Source: a virus. Taken from it: 64,000 nt of DNA. Location of the stretch: the IMG/VR virus record IMGVR_UViG_3300042691_019786. The stretch is one strand, 5' to 3'. Numbering within the stretch: position 1 is the stretch's first letter; the number at the start of each line of letters is the position of its first letter. Positions 37,217-46,764 of the stretch are shown here, in pieces. Both the position numbers and the translations under genes were made by a program. The notes below the pieces were generated by a model. It searched no databases. It saw only the letters and a list, made by a program, of their open reading frames with translations, and was not told where the DNA came from.

Positions 37217-38650
37217 TTAATACGAATTTACAGAATTAGTTGTTATTTTTATAGGAATGGTATCACTATAACTAATATTGTTTATTTCATCACCACATAA
37301 AGTAGTGTATTTCTTATTATTTTTAACTCTATAGAAATATTGAGTTCCAACACTACCAGTAACGTTAAAACTATTTGTATATACATTTACATTTTCAATG
37401 TAATTTGTCGTTCCAGTAAAATAAAAAGAACTAAATGTATTGTCATAACCTACTTCTAATGTAAATTCACCATTGTTTGTTTGTGGTGCTGGGTCTATTG
37501 TCCAATTTACCGTTACTAAATTTGTGTTTATACCATTTGAAAATTGTATCAAAGGAAAATAAACCAATGTAATCATATCACCATCATATATATCACCTTC
37601 TAAAATAATACGTTTTGGGTTAGTAGTTGATTTGTAATAATCAACATTATCAGCTAATGTAGCCCCGTTTATCATTACAATTATTTTTGATAATGTATCT
37701 GGGTTAACAGATGTATAAACCTCATATTTATTTGTTGTTGTGTTATAATAATAGTTATTACTACCTTCACCGTTTGTAGGTCCGCTAGGTATAGGTCCAA
37801 CAACATCAATATAATCAATTGTTAATTGTGATGATTCTGTAGGTACATATATCAACGTTACTATATCATCAACAACAGTTGCTGCGCTTAATGTGATTAC
37901 ATTTGCGCTGTATATGTAATCGTAATCTTTGGCTAAAGTTAAACCATTTAATGTTACAACAAAATCGCCACTTGGATTATTAGGTAATAATATTTGAGTT
38001 GTATTAGGTTCTGGTAATATTACTGATTGGTATAATGAGTTAACTGGGATTCCTTGACCAGCTGTGAATAATGTAGGTGTTGCTGCTGATGTCATTGCTA
38101 AGAAGTAATAATCAACATCACCATTGTAAATGCTATATTCATTTCCGAATAAATAAAATGATGTGTCTATTTTTTTACCTAACCTTCTTAAATAATCAGT
38201 GCATGCACTATATTCAAAAAATCCTTTAACTAAGTATTCACCGTCTAATGTTAGTCCACTAGTTGGTATATATTGTGTTGTTGTATTTGTCGCACTAAAA
38301 GCTGAATAACTAATAATGTTTGATGAAAATATCGGTGTCGTTGTAAACCCAGTAAAAACATCTTCGTATTTATATATTGAAAATTTAAATGTAGCTTCTG
38401 TATCAATAAATGTTTGAGTGTTTGCTGTAAACCCAAATGATAATGGTATTGTTTGTGTTAAACTAGTAGTTACTATGTGAGTACCAGCAGACATAGTTGT
38501 TCCAGTACAATCTATTTTTGTCGCACCAGTTATGTTGAATAAAGGTGATTGAAAAATACATATATCTGAACTCATGTTGACATTATTGTCTTTTTTGTTT
38601 CTACGCCCAGAATGTTGTGTTTGTGAATATATTCTTTCTTGGTATCTCAT
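37217..38650 (-). CDS. putative virion structural protein (beta-rich, fibronectin-III-like C-terminus)
   Basis: repeated V.lNG.tL...dY units; YFYRVKN. Confidence 0.65.
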   Translation of the reverse strand: MRYQERIYSQTQHSGRRNKKDNNVNMSSDICIFQSPLFNITGATKIDCTGTTMSAGTHIVTTSLTQTIPLSFGFTANTQTFIDTEATFKFSIYKYEDVFTGFTTTPIFSSNIISYSAFSATNTTTQYIPTSGLTLDGEYLVKGFFEYSACTDYLRRLGKKIDTSFYLFGNEYSIYNGDVDYYFLAMTSAATPTLFTAGQGIPVNSLYQSVILPEPNTTQILLPNNPSGDFVVTLNGLTLAKDYDYIYSANVITLSAATVVDDIVTLIYVPTESSQLTIDYIDVVGPIPSGPTNGEGSNNYYYNTTTNKYEVYTSVNPDTLSKIIVMINGATLADNVDYYKSTTNPKRIILEGDIYDGDMITLVYFPLIQFSNGINTNLVTVNWTIDPAPQTNNGEFTLEVGYDNTFSSFYFTGTTNYIENVNVYTNSFNVTGSVGTQYFYRVKNNKKYTTLCGDEINNISYSDTIPIKITTNSVNSY

Positions 38651-38892
38651 TAGTAGCTTATTTCTATATCTTTAATTTCAACATCATATTGGTTTTTTAA
38701 TCCATAAACAATAGGTGTATTAGCTCTACTAGTATATTCAATTCTAGAAAAGTCTTGTAAAAAAGCAGTTAATCCATACATGTTTATGTAATCTTCAGTT
38801 TGAATATCACAAACAACATTTTTAACCAAATTAACAGAACCATTGTATTCAGTTACAACTTCTCCAACTATATTTTTTAATAATACCAACAT
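38650..38892 (-). CDS. hypothetical protein
   Basis: 80-aa ORF coupled to downstream gene. Confidence 0.65.
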   Translation of the reverse strand: MLVLLKNIVGEVVTEYNGSVNLVKNVVCDIQTEDYINMYGLTAFLQDFSRIEYTSRANTPIVYGLKNQYDVEIKDIEISY

Positions 38893-38922
38893 AACTATAA
38901 ATATATTTAAATTTTAAATTTG

Positions 38923-39510
38923 TTAATTGTTAACAATTGATATTCCACCAGATGTTTGTGATGAGCTATTACTGTCTGTTACAGTACCTCTAAATTCAGA
39001 ACCAATATCAATTCTTTTAATATATATACCGCAACATTTACTTGTTACTGGTTTTTCATCAGTTATTGTTGTAATTTCAGAACATGTGTTAAAATCATAT
39101 GCTTGAACATCGCAATTTGTGTCTAATAAAAATACAATTTGTCTTTGTAACTCTTTGTTTTGGTTAAAAGCATCCATATAAGCATTCCATTCAGTATAAC
39201 CACATTGGTCAAAAGTACCATTTACCAAAGAACTTTCTAAATCAGCCAACGCTTGTCTTAATGGACCTATTGGTTCGTAATCTACAAACACAAACCATTC
39301 ATTGTACAAATCAATAATTTTATTTTTACAATCAGATGCTGGGAAATTAGCAATTTCTTCTAAATAATAATCGTTAAACGATTTACTATTATAGTCAATA
39401 ATTGACCTAAATGTAGTAAAAACATCTTCCCATTGTGATGGAGTTGTTTTTGTCATGTTTGCACCACAAACACCAGAGTTATAAAAATCTTCTAAATCAA
39501 ATAAATACAT
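38923..39510 (-). CDS. MY[LF]FD-family protein 3 (putative virion accessory module)
   Basis: N-terminus MYLFDLEDFY shared with the two upstream genes. Confidence 0.7.
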   Translation of the reverse strand: MYLFDLEDFYNSGVCGANMTKTTPSQWEDVFTTFRSIIDYNSKSFNDYYLEEIANFPASDCKNKIIDLYNEWFVFVDYEPIGPLRQALADLESSLVNGTFDQCGYTEWNAYMDAFNQNKELQRQIVFLLDTNCDVQAYDFNTCSEITTITDEKPVTSKCCGIYIKRIDIGSEFRGTVTDSNSSSQTSGGISIVNN

Positions 39511-39537
39511 AAATTTATTATTAAATTAAATATAATT

Positions 39538-40269
39538 TTACCATATTGTATAATTTTCTCCATTGTTTGGTGAAAAATTCAAGTTATTATCATAAGGTAG
39601 TTCATCAAATGTGTCACCATCTATTACTGCCATCATATTTTTAACACTACACATAAATTTTTTCATCAAATTATCATAATTATTAACTTTAACTTTTAAA
39701 TCTGAAATTTCAAAACTAGTACCAAAATTAACAGTTTTAGTAATAGCGCTGGCTGAGCTAGTGTATGGGTTATATATACTTATATTTACTGTTGATACTC
39801 CAGTGTAAGAATCTTCATAAGTTATCATATAATCTAAAAATTCTTCATATGTTTTACCTACAAAATCTGGATAGTTAAGTGGTGGATTTGTAAAGGCATT
39901 ATAGTAATATCTATTTAAATTAATTGTACCCATTAATTCATATTTTGACACTTGCCAATCACAATAATCATACATACAATTAACCCATATTTCATTATAT
40001 GTTGGTGTACATCCAGAATCTGGTCTATAATTTATTGGTGTAAAGCCGTCTATATATGCGTTACCACTAGCACTTGACGCTAAAAACCATTCCGATAATG
40101 CTTTAAGGAAAGCGTCTCTAGTAGCATCAGCTGTAGTTCCATAATCAGCAAAATCATTTGGTTTAATAAATCCAGCACAACCAACACCTACATAATTTCT
40201 ACCAGTATTGTACCATGTTGTCTCATCTGAATTATATGTGTAATAATCGTATAAATCGAAAAAATACAT
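39538..40269 (-). CDS. MY[LF]FD-family protein 2
   Basis: MYFFDLYDYY N-terminus; AVIDGDTFDE near C-terminus. Confidence 0.7.
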   Translation of the reverse strand: MYFFDLYDYYTYNSDETTWYNTGRNYVGVGCAGFIKPNDFADYGTTADATRDAFLKALSEWFLASSASGNAYIDGFTPINYRPDSGCTPTYNEIWVNCMYDYCDWQVSKYELMGTINLNRYYYNAFTNPPLNYPDFVGKTYEEFLDYMITYEDSYTGVSTVNISIYNPYTSSASAITKTVNFGTSFEISDLKVKVNNYDNLMKKFMCSVKNMMAVIDGDTFDELPYDNNLNFSPNNGENYTIW

Positions 40270-40297
40270 AATTGTTTGTTTTTAAATAAATATTATC

Positions 40298-40978
40298 TTA
40301 TATTGTATACTCTTCAAAAGTATCGTTATCTATTGCCTTCATTAACGCTTTAAGGCTACCCATATATTTTCTTAATGAATTGTTTTGGTTATAATAATAT
40401 GAATCATTCCAATCATTATATTGTGGGTGTACTATTGTGAAATTAACAGTTGTACCACTATTTGTTGATGGGTCAGCTGAAAAACTACTATATGTTGTTG
40501 ACCCAGTATAAGGTACATTAGCTGATGAATAATAACTACTAGGGTCATTTAATGACCCAGATTTAGCATAACTAGACCATGCATCTTTATAGCTTGTACA
40601 AGTAAAACCAATATTTACTTTATTATCAATACACGCACTTCTCCATTTTTTTTCAGTGAATGACACTTGATTAACGTATTTACGCCAATCTATATTATAT
40701 TGTAACCAATTTGGTAATAACTGATTATAATAAATGTCTCTAGCTAAAGTATTTGTTGAATTACCAATATTAACTGTTGTTGCTGTAAACCATTGATGAA
40801 CCGCAAAAATGTGTGCAACTCTAGTCGCCCCAGCAGTAGTAACTAGGTCTTCAAATGATGAACCGTACATACCTCTACCACAATAGTTAATACCACCACC
40901 ACCTTTACCAGCTTTTGCGTCAGCGTCAAAGGCTGCTCTAGTTGTTGTTGCGTAATCTTCTATGTCAAAAAAATACAT
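40298..40978 (-). CDS. MY[LF]FD-family protein 1
   Basis: MYFFDIEDY N-terminus; KAIDNDTFEE C-terminus. Confidence 0.7.
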   Translation of the reverse strand: MYFFDIEDYATTTRAAFDADAKAGKGGGGINYCGRGMYGSSFEDLVTTAGATRVAHIFAVHQWFTATTVNIGNSTNTLARDIYYNQLLPNWLQYNIDWRKYVNQVSFTEKKWRSACIDNKVNIGFTCTSYKDAWSSYAKSGSLNDPSSYYSSANVPYTGSTTYSSFSADPSTNSGTTVNFTIVHPQYNDWNDSYYYNQNNSLRKYMGSLKALMKAIDNDTFEEYTI

Positions 40979-40994
40979 ATTTAAAAATTTTTAA

Positions 40995-43900
40995 TTAATA
41001 TATTATTGTTGTTGCAGTAAAGCCAGATAATGTATGAGTACTTGCTGTTATTGAATATTTAGGTGGTAAATTAACACCGTTGGTTGCTATTAACTCTGGT
41101 ATTGTATTAACGGTGTAACCAGAAACATTGCTTAATTGCCAGTTTCTAGTCATATCACTAATAAAATATTCACTAGCCCATAACATTGGTTTTATCGATA
41201 AAACCATGTTTCTTTTTTTATCCATTGAATCTTGTTTTTGTAGTCTTCTTTGGATGAAAATTTGGTCTTCAATAAAATCATGTAATGCAGTGCTCCAACT
41301 GTTTAATATTGGGTCCCATGCGTAACCTACATGTGAAGTAGGTGTTCCAACCATAATTAAATCACCTTTACTAGCTGTTGTTGGTAATTCACTAACCGTT
41401 GATACCGCACTTAAATATTTTACATCACTAACACCACTTAATAAACTACTTAATGGGACACCATGTGTTGGGTAATTAACTGTATTCCATTCTGTATAAG
41501 CTGATGCTCTAGACCACCATGTATATTTAATACGTCTCATAGTGCCACTACTGTAATATTTACTAAGATTGGTAATAGGTTGTATTGGTTGATTATAATT
41601 AACTGATGGGAAATCTGATTTTTTAAACCCTAAATATAAACCATCAACTATATCGTTTATATTTTGTTCTTGTTCATTTACATAAGTTATATATTCTAAA
41701 GTTGTATCTCCAAAATCACCAGAACCGTTTGGTCCTTTATTTGGTCTTAATGTATCTATAGAAGAGAAATCACATGACGTTCCAGTATAATATAATAAAT
41801 CCATATCTGAACCGCTTGGCATGTTATTTAGACTATCCATTAAATCTAAATTCCTAAAGTTTATATACGGTTGTATTTCAGCATCATTACAATTTGGTTC
41901 TTCTACATATTTAAATGGTCCACAGAATGAATCTAGTGTACATTCATATGGTTCAATTTTATATGGACATGGTAATACTGAACCTTTACTTTCAATAATT
42001 TCTTTACCAGTTACGATTGGCGCATTTTGTAAAACCCATTTTTTAATGGGGTGAAGTAATAAATAATTATTAGCCCATGTAAATGGTTTCATTGCTAAGA
42101 ATAATTCATTTTTAGCTTTTAAAAATGCGTTTTCTTTTTCTCTAGCTTCACCTAAAATATCATCATTGATATAAGTATATAATGTTGTTGACCATTCATT
42201 TGTTCTTGGGTCCCATGCGTAACCTACATGTGAAGTAGGTGTTCCGACCATAATTAAATCACCAGCATTACCAACAGTTGGTAATTCAGCAGCAGTTTTA
42301 ACAGATTTGATATATCTGACATCATCAGTGTATGCTGATAAAACAAACCCAATACCTCCATACCATGAAGAACTTGTTATCGCTTTAGGTCTTCGGTAAC
42401 CTCTTACTTTTCTTGGTTTACCTTTATAGAAGAAATTATTAGGGAAACTAAATGATGTGCTAGTTGCTGTATATTTTAAGATTAAATTGATATCTGGATA
42501 ATGTTGGATTAAATCATCATTACAAAACCCTAATACATTTAATTCATTATATTCCAATGCTTGTCGTTGGAACGAATTAAATTGGGAACTAGCTATACCT
42601 AGTAAATCTAACGTAGCTTCTGTATCATGACTATCAATTACAGTTTGTAAAGAAGTGTAATCACATTCACCACATGTACTAGAAACAAATGAACTTAATT
42701 CTTTATCCGTAGGCATTGTATATGGGTCATCCATAAAATCTATTAAAGTTATACTAAAATAATCGTTACAATTACCGCCTTCGCAACCACCACAAGTTGA
42801 ATAGAATTTTTGTATTTGGTCAAATACACAATCATTTAAGAAGTCCCATGATGTATTGCTTGGGTGTTCAAAACCATTTATACAAGTTTCTAAATTACCA
42901 GTCTTGTATTGGAATTTTTGTTGGTCAAATAATGTATTACCATAAATGATAGTATTACCCCATATTGTTGTCGATGGGATAACTTGTTCAACAACATCAG
43001 TCCAATAATTACCGACCATGTCTGTTAAACTTCTCATTTTGTCATATGTATAAGCTAAACTTACGTTTGTCGTATACAAAGATGACTGTAAGTATTTGTC
43101 ATAGAAAGCTCTTAACGTTGCGTATTTAGAAATTGTTTTTCTATTCTTAACGTCAATCATTTCAGTTGATACAATTTCTTTGAAATTAACATCACTTGGA
43201 ATGTTTGTTAATTTAGTTGATGTTAATGAACTATAACTTATACAATCTGTTCCACAACCACACGAATCAGTTTTTACTATAGTAGTACCAGTTGCCGCTG
43301 AAATAACACTTCTGCCAATAGATGTACAAACTGGTGTTCCACCACTACAGTTATTTAGTGAATAACCATCTGGACATGAATAACCATTTGTCACACTCAA
43401 TAAAAATTCACTACCAATCATTTGTTTAGTTGAGAAAATCAAACCAGTTGTTCCAGTTGACGTTGAAGCTGTTAGGTCTTCTAAACTGTTTGGGTCATAA
43501 ATTTCAGCAACAAATGCTGCTTGGCTACCAGCATTATACCCTTCCATTTCAATAATTGTAGGACCAGAAGGGATGCTAATTGGGAATACATGTAAATAAT
43601 TAAAGTTTCTACCATCTGTAACTGTAAAACTAACAATTAATTCACCGTTTATTTTAAATCTAAGCCAGTTATCTGAAGCTAACCCTAAATAATATGTTTT
43701 AGGTTCTGGAATGTCAATACAAACAGTAAAACCTATCCATTTAAATTCTGGATAGTTTGTACCCCCACCACTTGGATTTGGTAAATACGTACCCCAAACA
43801 CCAGCATCATTTAATCTACCATCGGAATAATTCATAGCATCATTCGCCCAAAATGTATTTCCAGAACTAACTGTTTTCTGTATTGGTATTGGCACACTGC

Positions 43901-46751
43901 TTGAATCCACAACAGTACCAGAAGGTAAAGTTATTGGGAAAGTATAATTATCAATGTTGCCATAAAATCTAGCACCTAAATTGTTATATGATGTGAATTT
44001 TTGACCAGTATAAGCGGTAAACATTGTTCCACTGTATGTTGCAGCAATTGTTGATGATGAATAACAACTATCATTTGATGGTGATTGTGTATACCCATTA
44101 GGACAACTAAATGTTACACTAGTTGAATTTACACATAATGCGCTATAAACGTTTAAAATATCATTATTATCGTTAACATAACACCACACATCAGTTTCAA
44201 TTGCTGATGCAATATTCATGTTTAAATCAATCTCTTTAGTGTTGATTACTAATCTTTCATCTAACACACCATAATCAGTGTTCCTAATAGTTGTACCACC
44301 AGTTGCATTTGAGATTACAAATTCTCTGTTAACATATGATGTGTTGCTATTCCATGACTTTTTATTATCAACTATTTTTGTTAAATTAAAACCTGGAGAT
44401 TTAGTCAATGTAACAGCACCTTCAGTACCGTTAACACATTCTTTGTTAAGTTTAATATCATCTAACATCACACAAATATCACTACATGTATTATTTACTT
44501 TAAGTGATATTTTAATTTTTTTGTTAGCGATTGTTTCTAATATATTAGTGTCAGTAATTACTTCACTATATTTTAACCATTGTGATGAAAAAACTTTTGG
44601 TGATAATGAAGCTTTAAACGTTTCTATTTCAGTAAAATCATAACCAGACTGGTTGTATAAGCCTCTACCTAACATATCTTTAGTAAATCTACATGAAGAA
44701 ACGTTACAAACATCACCCATAGTTATTCTACCAGTACATTCAAATAAATAAAATCCTAATGGCGCTGATGGCCCATAAAACTCATCTTTTCTATAAATGA
44801 TTGAATAACATTCATTAGCGTCAGCCCAAACCAATTCTTCTTGATTTGGTGTACCACAGATATAGAAACCACTACTATCTTGTTTTTCTAATAGATAATC
44901 GTATAAGTTACCAGAACCTATGCTAGGGAATAATTCTTGTTCAAGTACCGTTGTTAATGAACCATCTGATTCAACTACATCTAAAACAAAACTAACATCT
45001 AGTGTTTCTAAAGCATCAAGAATTGTTTTACATGATGTTTGTGTTACTGGTTGATTTAACAAAGATGTTAATTGAGCATTTAAACGTGCTATTTCAGCAT
45101 TACAGTTTGTTTGTTCTTTAACTTTAGCGTCAATTTGATTTTTAATATTTGTTTTAGTACCAAATGGTGTTGTACATTCAGTTAAATAAATAGCACCATT
45201 TGTTTCTTGTAATTTGTATAATGTAGCAACTTGTTCACATGTATATGACGTTGGGTCACCGTTGATAAATTTTTGATAATTTACATAACCTATTATTCTA
45301 TTCCATTCAGTTAAACCATCTGGTTCTGTAATACAAAATATTGTTTTAGTTGCTACATCATTAAATTCATAAAACGCAAAAGGTGATATGTTTGTTATGT
45401 CACCAAATCCAGTATTATTAAAATTGTTTGTTGAAACAATTCTAGTTGGTGTAATTGGGTTTACATAAGGTTTATTTGTGTAATTATACGTTGTGTTTCT
45501 AGTATAAGGGTCATTATACCAAATAATTCTTGGTTCCCAGTCTGGTAAATATGGTGAAGGTATATATCCAGTTTCAACATCTGGATAAGATGGTGTTCTT
45601 GTTGTTGTTGTTGTTGTACCATTTGTAGTTGATGTACCACCAGCACCAGTTGTAGTTGTCGTAGTTGTTGGTGTTGTAGGTGCTTGAGCACATAAAGGAA
45701 AAATAGATTTAGTAAATACATTACCTTTTGAATCTCTGATTGCAAACCAATTATCAATACCTAAATAACATGAAATTATATTATTATCTGTGTAGTTTAC
45801 CCAACTAGTATTTGCTAAAGCAGCTGCTTGATTTTTATATGCAAATGTCCCTTGTATTTGATACGGTGGATATCCACCAGTAATATTAGAAATAGAAGCT
45901 GTTATACCTATTCTAGATGAATCATTACAATTATATGCTATATCAAAGTCTAATGGTATTACCGCAGTTCTAGGTGTTAAAAGTGAAGCAAAATTTGTAC
46001 ATTCTACTGAATAAGCTGTGTTTCTATACTTATTATTTAAAGTATCAATTTCTTGTGTGATTGCTTCACATTTAACTTGTTGTTGCGCTATTTGTTGTCT
46101 TAAAATGTTTATCTCAGAAGTTGAATCTTCTTGACCATTCATTGCAATTTCACCTAATTTAGCACAATCATATTTAAATAAATAATCAAATTCAATATTT
46201 AATACGCAATCAGTATCATCTTTACCAACATTAAAAATGCTACCATCATTTCCGTTAGGGTTAAGTACTATTTTAAAAGTTGTTGCACATGAATCAGAAG
46301 GGGTAGCAATTGGTTTAACTCTACATGTTTGTGTATTATCATCCCAAAATGCTGTAGTTCCAGCTGGTAAATTAAAATAACTTTTACCAGTCATATCAAC
46401 ACTCAATTTTTCAATTGTAGGTACAATAAATTGAGTAAATTGTTTTTCACAACAATATTTACCTAAATAATTTGTTGAATAATTAAGAATTTTTATTGAA
46501 CCTCTAGTATATGACGGTTCAATAAAAATTTGAATCTCACCTTCTGGTGTTATATCGATTACTTCATGTTTAAATGTTAATCCATCATAGGTATTATTTG
46601 CTAAATAATAGTTATATTGTTGAGTAGTGAAATTTTCTGCTACATTTTTAAATAACGTATCACGATTAGCTCTACATGTAGAAACGCCATCTTCTCTATC
46701 GTAACCTCTATATTGTAATATCGGTGATTCTAAACCAAATAAATACCCCAT
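40995..46751 (-). CDS. 1918-aa Cys-rich virion protein (tail fibre/baseplate adhesin), PA14-like domain
   Basis: Thr-rich linker, CP.GY repeats, LASDNWLRFKING PA14-like segment, duplicated C-terminal modules. Confidence 0.65.
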   Translation of the reverse strand: MGYLFGLESPILQYRGYDREDGVSTCRANRDTLFKNVAENFTTQQYNYYLANNTYDGLTFKHEVIDITPEGEIQIFIEPSYTRGSIKILNYSTNYLGKYCCEKQFTQFIVPTIEKLSVDMTGKSYFNLPAGTTAFWDDNTQTCRVKPIATPSDSCATTFKIVLNPNGNDGSIFNVGKDDTDCVLNIEFDYLFKYDCAKLGEIAMNGQEDSTSEINILRQQIAQQQVKCEAITQEIDTLNNKYRNTAYSVECTNFASLLTPRTAVIPLDFDIAYNCNDSSRIGITASISNITGGYPPYQIQGTFAYKNQAAALANTSWVNYTDNNIISCYLGIDNWFAIRDSKGNVFTKSIFPLCAQAPTTPTTTTTTTGAGGTSTTNGTTTTTTRTPSYPDVETGYIPSPYLPDWEPRIIWYNDPYTRNTTYNYTNKPYVNPITPTRIVSTNNFNNTGFGDITNISPFAFYEFNDVATKTIFCITEPDGLTEWNRIIGYVNYQKFINGDPTSYTCEQVATLYKLQETNGAIYLTECTTPFGTKTNIKNQIDAKVKEQTNCNAEIARLNAQLTSLLNQPVTQTSCKTILDALETLDVSFVLDVVESDGSLTTVLEQELFPSIGSGNLYDYLLEKQDSSGFYICGTPNQEELVWADANECYSIIYRKDEFYGPSAPLGFYLFECTGRITMGDVCNVSSCRFTKDMLGRGLYNQSGYDFTEIETFKASLSPKVFSSQWLKYSEVITDTNILETIANKKIKISLKVNNTCSDICVMLDDIKLNKECVNGTEGAVTLTKSPGFNLTKIVDNKKSWNSNTSYVNREFVISNATGGTTIRNTDYGVLDERLVINTKEIDLNMNIASAIETDVWCYVNDNNDILNVYSALCVNSTSVTFSCPNGYTQSPSNDSCYSSSTIAATYSGTMFTAYTGQKFTSYNNLGARFYGNIDNYTFPITLPSGTVVDSSSVPIPIQKTVSSGNTFWANDAMNYSDGRLNDAGVWGTYLPNPSGGGTNYPEFKWIGFTVCIDIPEPKTYYLGLASDNWLRFKINGELIVSFTVTDGRNFNYLHVFPISIPSGPTIIEMEGYNAGSQAAFVAEIYDPNSLEDLTASTSTGTTGLIFSTKQMIGSEFLLSVTNGYSCPDGYSLNNCSGGTPVCTSIGRSVISAATGTTIVKTDSCGCGTDCISYSSLTSTKLTNIPSDVNFKEIVSTEMIDVKNRKTISKYATLRAFYDKYLQSSLYTTNVSLAYTYDKMRSLTDMVGNYWTDVVEQVIPSTTIWGNTIIYGNTLFDQQKFQYKTGNLETCINGFEHPSNTSWDFLNDCVFDQIQKFYSTCGGCEGGNCNDYFSITLIDFMDDPYTMPTDKELSSFVSSTCGECDYTSLQTVIDSHDTEATLDLLGIASSQFNSFQRQALEYNELNVLGFCNDDLIQHYPDINLILKYTATSTSFSFPNNFFYKGKPRKVRGYRRPKAITSSSWYGGIGFVLSAYTDDVRYIKSVKTAAELPTVGNAGDLIMVGTPTSHVGYAWDPRTNEWSTTLYTYINDDILGEAREKENAFLKAKNELFLAMKPFTWANNYLLLHPIKKWVLQNAPIVTGKEIIESKGSVLPCPYKIEPYECTLDSFCGPFKYVEEPNCNDAEIQPYINFRNLDLMDSLNNMPSGSDMDLLYYTGTSCDFSSIDTLRPNKGPNGSGDFGDTTLEYITYVNEQEQNINDIVDGLYLGFKKSDFPSVNYNQPIQPITNLSKYYSSGTMRRIKYTWWSRASAYTEWNTVNYPTHGVPLSSLLSGVSDVKYLSAVSTVSELPTTASKGDLIMVGTPTSHVGYAWDPILNSWSTALHDFIEDQIFIQRRLQKQDSMDKKRNMVLSIKPMLWASEYFISDMTRNWQLSNVSGYTVNTIPELIATNGVNLPPKYSITASTHTLSGFTATTIIY
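41309..42263. repeat. 58-bp direct repeat, 57/58 identical (41309-41366 and 42206-42263)
   Basis: ttgggtcccatgcgtaacctacatgtgaagtaggtgttccRaccataattaaatcacc, offset 897 bp, in frame. Confidence 0.9.
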
Positions 46752-46764
46752 ACCTTAATTAATT

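Noticed and set aside
41309-42263. Diversity-generating retroelement TR/VR pair
   Set aside because: Both copies are in-frame coding parts of one gene with a single mismatch, and no reverse transcriptase is present in the window.
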